DNA of 64,000 bases from the human T2T-CHM13v2.0 reference genome, Homo sapiens: NCBI RefSeq assembly GCF_009914755.1, contig NC_060926.1, one strand, 5' to 3'. The position numbers were made by a program, and so were the translations under genes. Below the pieces are notes generated by a model that saw only the letters and a list, made by a program, of their open reading frames with translations, did not search any database and was not told where the DNA came from. This document shows, piece after piece, positions 57,290 through 64,000 of this stretch; the stretch's first letter is position 1, and every line of letters starts with the position of its first letter.

Positions 57290-57636
57290 TTTTCTTTGCC
57301 CAAGATGTCTCCATGTACTCTCAATACCCCCACCCACACCATCTGTCTTCCAAGACTTAGTTCAAAGGCCACCTATTTCATGGAAGCCTTTGTTTTTTAA
57401 CTCAATTTTTCCTCTTTCCATCCTCCACCCAAGTCCCAAATATGGTCTCTTTTCTGAATCACCAGTGTTGAAAACTTCCTTTTTCATGTGTGTTCTTGTC
57501 TTAATTTCCTCACTTGACAATAACACTAATATGTACAACCTACGCCTTACTCATCCTTGCATCTCCCACAGAAACCAGCACAAGGTCTTCTACTTAAGAG
57601 ATGATCAACAAATATTTGTTAAACGAATTAAATGAA
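57290..57636 (+). mobile_element. L2 3' end fragment
   Basis: tccaagacttagttcaaaggccacct...tcaacaaatatttgttaaacgaattaaatgaa. Confidence 0.6.
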
Positions 57637-58589
57637 AGCAACAGTTAGCCTGTTAAAAGGGATGGTCATTATTTTAAAGGCCCTGAGGAATGGCTTATAT
57701 GTCTAGCACCTAATCAAAAGCTGGTGGACCACAGAAGGAAGACCAGGGAGTGGAGGGGGCAGCCTTGTGCCTCTGCATATCTGCTGCCCCTGTAAACTCA
57801 CGGAATGCCCAACTCTTCAAGACTCTACAGAACAAAGCTACAGTGTTGGGTGCTGAATGAACACCTTAACCTTTTTCCAAGTTCTCCAGTCTTGCTTCAA
57901 ACCAGAAATTGGAAGTGGAATTAGAGGTGGAAATTAGGGCCATCCTTTTCAACTTTAAGGTATGGCTGAAAAAGTTGAAACAGCCATCTGGATAATTCAG
58001 GCTCAAAAAACCCATCCTGAAGAGTAAGTATGGATGTTTCTGAGTGGCAGGAAGAGTGTGCAAGAAGGCAAAGGAGGTAGTTGTGAATTATCAATTGATT
58101 GTGTATATTGATTATATTCAACAGAACTGAGCTTTTCCCTTTATATTTTCTATAAGGACACTCTCTGTGACTGCAAGAATAAACTAGCTCAGATTCAAAG
58201 CCACAGTCACCACTAATAAATTCCAATTTGTTCAATTGGAAAATGATGTCCATCAATTAGAAAAAGTTCTTAGGGATTAAGATTCTCTTTTGCCATTAAT
58301 CTGTACCTCCTCCTTCCTCCTTCAAAAAAGTTTTTCTATGATCAATCAAAGGAAGAAGTTTTCAATGGTCTTTAAAATGTATATTGCTCTAATACAATAA
58401 TTCATAATTAACAGGTATACTTTCCTAACTATGGTAGTTTATTTTCAAATTTTTAATTTTAATACCATTTAGGGCTCTCTCTCTTTGTTATTTTAGTAGG
58501 ACCTTAACTTCCAGTCCATCGAGGTTTTGTTTTGTAATTAATTTCAGAGCTGTCCTTATAAGCTGAGAGATATTTGAAGTACTCTAGAA

Positions 58590-59020
58590 AATGGCAATTG
58601 TCTGACCGGATTTGAAGTCAGATCACTGGGCTTTGAAGCTAATTTCTGGTTGAAATATGGCTGCCCCATTTTTAGATGTGTGACTCTGGGCAGGTTACCC
58701 TATCTTCCCATCTTCAATTTTCCTATCTTTAAAATGGAACTAATAACAGTACTTGCTTTATAATTAAATGAGCTAAAACATGTAATGTACCCAGAACAGT
58801 GTCTGATAAATAATACGTGTTCAGCAAATGTTAGTTTTAAAAAGTCTGCTGTCATCTGTTTTATGACCTCAGTAAAGTCATTTAACAGTTCAAAGCTTCT
58901 ATTTCCTCATCTATAAAATGGAACTACTACCACTTACTTACCCTTTCCAGGATTAAGAGATTCAAATAAGAAAACAATGGATATGAAAATATTGGACACA
59001 CAGAAAGTTCTCAAATATTA
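58590..59020 (+). mobile_element. Two MIR fragments
   Basis: tgtgtgactctgggcaggtta; tttcctcatctataaaatgg core motifs. Confidence 0.65.
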
Positions 59021-61281
59021 GTTATTTTGAACCATCTATAAGCTTAAAAGTAACCATAAACTTAAAAATTTACGTAAACCATAAAACTGAGAACATAGCA
59101 TCCAAAAATTCATCTGTGAGAAAATGTCTAAACATATTAGAAATGCATACTCAAGCTTGGTTTTTCTTTAACTTATCAGAAACATATAAGCTTTTGTAAA
59201 ATGTAATTCTACATCTGCAAAACTAGAAACCCTCCCGGTCAAGCCAAACTGTCCTAGTATATTGTGATCAAGAAAGTCTACATGCCTTCATAAGCCAAAA
59301 CTCGATGCACTGATTAAAATGTGATTGCACGTACATCAACTTTTTAAAAAACGTGTAAGTTTTTGTTTTTTTTAAAGTAATAAATGTACTGCTAATGTAA
59401 ATTTCAAGTCAATTCAACAGATATTTATTCTGTGACACTGCTCCAGGGTAATTCAGCTGGGAACTAAGGATGCAAAAGGAAACAGAGCTCAGGTTCTGTG
59501 CAGGAAGACCCCACAAATTACGCTGATAATCTCAAAATATTACTTATGAAAGTCATAAGGGGGTTCACTTTGAGTCAGCAAGCAGACAAGCAGCATAAAA
59601 ATATACCGAAACAGTAAGTTCTTCCCTTTGACTGAAAAACTGCCTTTTAAAAGCAAACAGCATTTTAAAAGTACAGTTGCTATCTGGAAAGCTATTGAAT
59701 TTGCGCCAGAAACCAACATTTCTAAATGTAAACCTATAAAATAATAGGTATCTGTAAATGAAAGGCTGAAATAACCCCAGGAGCAGCAACACAGTAATTA
59801 GCAACTTTTACACAGTCATAACATGTTTCATATTCTTTCTGCCCTGGCTCTTTGAAGTTTCCAGTGCAATACGTAAAAGTTTTATTACATTAGGGCCCGT
59901 CCTTGTGTGTTTTACAGGCACCAACATTATGCAGAGCAAGCTGTACTTACTCATCATAGGATCTTTTATAAGAAACCGTTTGATAATGTGCTAGCTTTGT
60001 GTCCAGTTTATTTTGTTACACCTGTCTTTAGGAAAATAAAAGTCACTGGAAACCTAAATCACAGAAAATACACACAGATCCACATATCATCTATATGTTA
60101 TAAATCATAAAGCAGTTTAGCTTTAAAATTGTACATTGCATATTCATGTGCACACCACTTGCAGTTTTAGACACATGTGAACTCTTTACTGAATTAAAGC
60201 AAAAGGAAAAAAAAAAAAGCTCAGCTCTACAATAAGCGATTACCAGAGGCAGAACAGAGTGCAGTTAATATGCTTGTTCCAGCAGATGTTCATCCCCGTA
60301 AATATTAAACATAACACAAGTTCCTCCAGGAATATGCAGGCAGTAATTTTACCACCTGAATAGTGCTGGTTGGAAACATTTAAGAGATAGTGGGGGGTTG
60401 GGGGGAGCAGAGAAAGAAGGGGGAATAAGACAGATACTAAAGCAGCCAATGGGATTTTTAAGACACCCGCAACTGGAATTAAACTGCTTCCAGCGGCGAT
60501 TTACCTACAGCAGCTCCCCAGTGTGAGATCCCCCGAGAAACGGAACCTGGAGTGCCCCCCGGGCTGCGAGCTGTGAGCGTGGCATAAAGGGATACCCGGG
60601 GCGCCCGGGTGGGGTGGGGAGGAGGAGTGCAACTGTGACGAGGTGTGAAGAAAGGGCCCAGAGGAACTGTGAACCCCGAGGAAAGGAGTCTCCCTGGGCT
60701 AAGGCCTCTGGAATACCGGCACGGAGAAACACTCGTTTCCTGCCCTGGATGTTCACTTTTCCATCTCGGTGGAAGTGGGTGGGAGAGACAGAAAGGATGC
60801 AGCCGAGACCGGGCGCAGGCGGGGAGGCTGGAGCATCCTCTAAGGGCACTTCGCAGCAGCACCAACTCCAGGGGGTCGGTGGTGCCAGCCGGAGGAGGGA
60901 GGGGGCGCAGTCGGAGGGAAAGGAAGTGAGAGGAGCAGGGGGCCGACGGGTGGATCCCCAGGCATTAGTGACACAGTCTTCAAATCGCTTCTTTTCCTCC
61001 CCACGGCTGCGCTCTGCCCCTGGCTACCTAGATCACCAGTCCCTGGGCTGGGGCGGGCCGCCGCGAGGGAGGGGAACAGGAGAGGGGGAAACAGACGGGC
61101 AGGCGGCCACGCATCCCACCCGGGGAGGCAGAAAAGGGCTGGCGAGGCAGGCGCCCCCGACCCACCCCACCCCCACGGCGGCCGGCCGCCCGGAGCCCCC
61201 GGCCCAGGTGAGGACGCGCGGGCCGCCGCGGCCGCCCCTCGCCGCTCCCGCCCGCCCGAAGCGGCCGGCACGGGGACTTAC

Positions 61282-61334
61282 CACAGTGACTCGAGGTCCC
61301 ATTCCTGGAGCAGGGCTAAGTCGAAGCTGTCCAT
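61282..61334 (-). CDS. AFF3: AFF3 (LAF4) first coding segment, 17 codons plus 2 nt (MDSFDLALLQEWDLESL + TG)
   Basis: Translation matches the AFF3 N-terminus as I recall it (MDSFDLALLQEWDLESLC/W...). ATG at 61334-61332 is in a strong Kozak context (cccaccATGg). Consensus donor TG|GTAAGT has GT at 61281-61280. Confidence 0.96.
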
Positions 61335-61398
61335 GGTGGGAGGTGTCAGCGTCGCCGCCGCCGCTACCGCCGCCGCCGAGGCTCGGGCCGCCCGCGCG
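61282..61398 (-). other. AFF3: AFF3 exon (117 nt: 64 nt GC-rich 5'UTR + 53 nt CDS)
   Basis: Acceptor gcctttcgttgcAG| with AG at 61400-61399 and donor |GTAAGT at 61281. Confidence 0.88.
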
Positions 61399-61547
61399 CT
61401 GCAACGAAAGGCGCCGCTCAAGGTGCATCCCAGCCGCGCCAGAGCGGCCGCCGCCCGCCCACCGCCCGCCCCCAGGTCGGGGCTCCCGACGCCCCCCGCC
61501 CCCGACTCCGGGCCGGCCGGGCTGGCTGCAGCGGCCGGCGCACTCAC

Positions 61548-61600
61548 CCGCTCCCCGGCTTGCGCGCAGGCACACTCAAGAGAGAGCAGCGAGCTCGCCG
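61548..61600 (-). other. AFF3: Probable alternative non-coding first exon (3' end defined, TSS not determinable)
   Basis: Near-consensus donor CGG|GTGAGT with GT at 61547-61546 gives a 149-nt intron to the 61399 acceptor. The 61600 boundary is nominal. Confidence 0.55.
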
Positions 61601-61685
61601 CGCCGCCGCCGCCCCCCGCCCCCCGCCCCCGGCCCTGCGCCCGCCCCTCCTCCCCTCCCTCGCGGCGGCCCGGCCCGCTGCTGCA

Positions 61686-61736
<51 letters not shown>
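61686..61736. repeat. AFF3: (GCC)17 / (CGG)17 trinucleotide repeat, FRA2A folate-sensitive fragile-site locus
   Basis: 17 uninterrupted GCC units counted directly, ~290 nt upstream of the coding exon acceptor inside the CpG island. Position fits the known AFF3/FRA2A repeat. Confidence 0.93.
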
Positions 61737-61738
<2 letters not shown>

Positions 61739-62417
61739 GGTGCTCTGCGCCCGCCCGCCCGCCTCTTTCTCCTCCGGGAGGCGCGTGTGCGCGGGCGAGG
61801 CCGAGGCGCGCGCGCACCGTGAGCCCCGCGCCGCGCCCGCCCCGCGCGCCCCTGTACTCCCCGCGCCGCTCCTCGGGGTCCCGCGGCGCTCGCAGGCCGC
61901 GCCGCCCTGCCGCCCCTCTCTCGTGGCTTTTACGGCCCGCCCGCCCCTCAGCAGCCCTGGGGTGCCCGGGGCGGCCCTGCAAGCGGGAGAGAGCGGCGAG
62001 GCGGCGGCGCCGAGTGCGGGGGGATGCGGAGCCGTGCCCGGCCCTGTCGCATCCCTCGGCCGCCCGCCCGCGCCCGGCCCCGCCCGGCCTTGCCCGGGCT
62101 GCACGCACTTCTCCCGCGGCCCAGAATCCACTTGACCCTGCTGGGCGCTCCCGCGGGCGGCGGACCCGGGTGGGTGCGGGGGAATTCCCCGGCCGCCCAG
62201 GCGCGGGGAGAGTGAGCTGTGCCGCCCGCAGCAGCGCCCCAAACAAACCGTTTAAGGTCTCTGGAGCCCGCAAGTTCAGCGAAATAAAGCGGCGGCGCGG
62301 AGGAAACCTCTTCCACCCGGACCTGCTCTCCGTTGCGGTTTGGCCTCCAGTGGTGGTCCCACCCACCCTCTAGCTGGCCAGCCCTGGAAACCAACCTCCT
62401 TTCTTTTTATTTCTCAC

Positions 62418-62497
62418 CGGGAAGGGGGACAAACTGGCCTCTGGGTGTCGACTTCAAACTTGCCGCCCGTCTCCGGTCTGGAAAGGCAGGTGATCAG
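62418..62497 (-). other. AFF3: Probable AFF3 5'UTR exon (80 nt, no ATG)
   Basis: Acceptor cttatcacccttctAG| (AG 62499-62498) and donor CCG|GTGAGA (GT 62417-62416). Size agrees with my recollection of an 80-nt exon upstream of the coding exon. A second acceptor cctgcctttccAG lies at 62479-62478. Confidence 0.65.
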
Positions 62498-64000
62498 CTA
62501 GAAGGGTGATAAGAGTATCATCGTGGCTCCTAAAGAGTAATAATAATCTCCCTCATTGTAAAGACAGCTCTTCCCCCTGGCTTACTTTTTTAGACATGCT
62601 GAGAAGCGCATGTCTCCATCAGGGCCCTACCTCTGCTTCTCCACAGTTGGCCTAGAACCGGAAGCCCCTCCAAGGCCCCCTGACTCTCCTGACCTCTTGG
62701 CCACAGCTCCGGATTCTCACCAGGGATTCCCCAGAATTCCTAGAGAGCAGCTCAGAGCCCTGCAGTTGTGCCTCACCACGCGAACCAAACCTCGCACTCC
62801 CCGCCAAAAGGGAGTCCCTTCCAGCACTCTCCCCTTTGTTCCTTTTTCTGGGCAAGAACCGCTGACTGGGGCTGCCAGAAATGTAAACCCTGGGTGCAAG
62901 TGACGGGATCCCTCCAGCGTCAAGCCGAAGAGTCATCCTCTCACCTCACCCACCTCCGAATGAGGATTAACAAACTCAATTCAGGACACAGGTAGAAGAC
63001 CAAAAGGCCAATGAGACTTCTTTCCTATTTGAGATCGGATTTGAGAATGCTCAGCCTGGCTCCCTTCTTCCCCCAGCTCTGAATCAATCCTTTCTTCATT
63101 AGCATCCATAACTAATGTGCAAAATGTAAAACGCTAAATTAAGACAGAGTTGGCATCAACATAGTCTGAGAAAATGAAATTGTTATTTTACAAGCTGATA
63201 ACTCTCAGCCCTCAAAAACCCCTCTCATTAGCTGAAGGTAGCAAGTAGCAAGAAGATTAGGTAAAAACATAGAGAATATGAATATAGGAAAAAGTACAGG
63301 TGTGAAGGGCTGGCTGCCCAAATCCCAATGCACAGTGTATTTGGAAAAAGAAAAAAAAGAAAAAGAAAATCTGTCTTTCTAATATCCCCTTAGCATACGC
63401 CTTGTTGGAAATGTTTGCTTTGGCGAAAGTGAGATCGAGACATTGAGACAGCATTCCCAGGAACAAAGGCTGGGGGTGGAGGGTGGAGGAGGGAGCAGGA
63501 ACAGCCCCTGTCTGGAAGAACTGCAAGTTCTGAGGCCTGAACAAGAAATGTGTCCTGTTCCCGTGCTCCTGGCTGCAGCTGGGAAGCTTCTTCAGAAAGG
63601 AGACCTCCCGGCCCTCACCGGGATCTGGCTTTCCTTCCCTTCCCACCACATCTGTTTATACAAAGGAGGGCCGCTGAAGGACAAACATAACCGTGTTTAC
63701 TGCGAGTCCCATGCTGGGCCTGGAGCTCAGATACAGATTTGCCCTCACCATGGAGGCTGAAGATAAATAGATGATCCCAGAAAAGGAAAGAGGGAAGGCC
63801 CTGGGATGGTATAGAGCTGGTTGAGGGGTTTACTCATGAAAGGCCTCTCCCAAAAAGCCATGTAGTAACGGGCAGATTTACGTTTGAATTTAAACTCTGG
63901 TGCCTTGTGTTAATATATGAGAGTGTGTGCACCTAAAGCAATTGCAAGGCGGGTATTTAAAAATGTTTCTTTAGGAATAGCCATGATTTTCTGTTTGGGG

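Larger units (their letters stand above)
60490..62480. promoter_or_regulatory. AFF3: CpG island / alternative AFF3 promoter with multiple GC boxes
   Basis: Very high GC and CpG density against CpG-depleted flanks. Many CCGCCC/GGGCGG (Sp/KLF) motifs, no obvious TATA. Confidence 0.92.

Noticed and set aside
61278-61281. Apparent stop after ...ESLW
   Set aside because: The TAA is part of the GTAAGT donor; the CDS continues in an exon outside the window.
60479-62394. Many long overlapping Pro/Arg/Gly/Ala-rich ORFs as independent genes
   Set aside because: Expected from stop-codon scarcity in a CpG island; only repeat-spanning frames are kept, as hypotheses.

Overview
Human (or very closely related primate) genomic DNA, not prokaryotic. 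The window covers the 5' part of AFF3 (LAF4, AF4/FMR2 family, 2q11.2) on the minus strand. The right end (~60.5-62.5 kb) is a CpG island. It contains the first coding exon (61282-61398, MDSFDLALLQEWDLESL), an uninterrupted (GCC/CGG)17 tract at 61686-61736 in the position of the FRA2A fragile-site repeat, a probable alternative first-exon donor (61548) and a probable 80-nt 5'UTR exon (62418-62497). Everything left of 61282 is one long intron rich in Alu, L1, L2, L3/CR1, MIR, MLT and MER elements, with some unique stretches that may be enhancers. Most notable: (1) the CGG repeat is stop-free and in frame with the AFF3 ATG as polyGly if unspliced, and as polyAla if a predicted 149-nt intron is removed; (2) an ATG-initiated antisense polyPro ORF starts at the same CCATGG; (3) a 32-bp-arm pre-miRNA-like inverted repeat lies at 1672-1740. 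Gene and repeat-family names come from recall of consensus sequences, not searches. Boundaries of old repeats are approximate.
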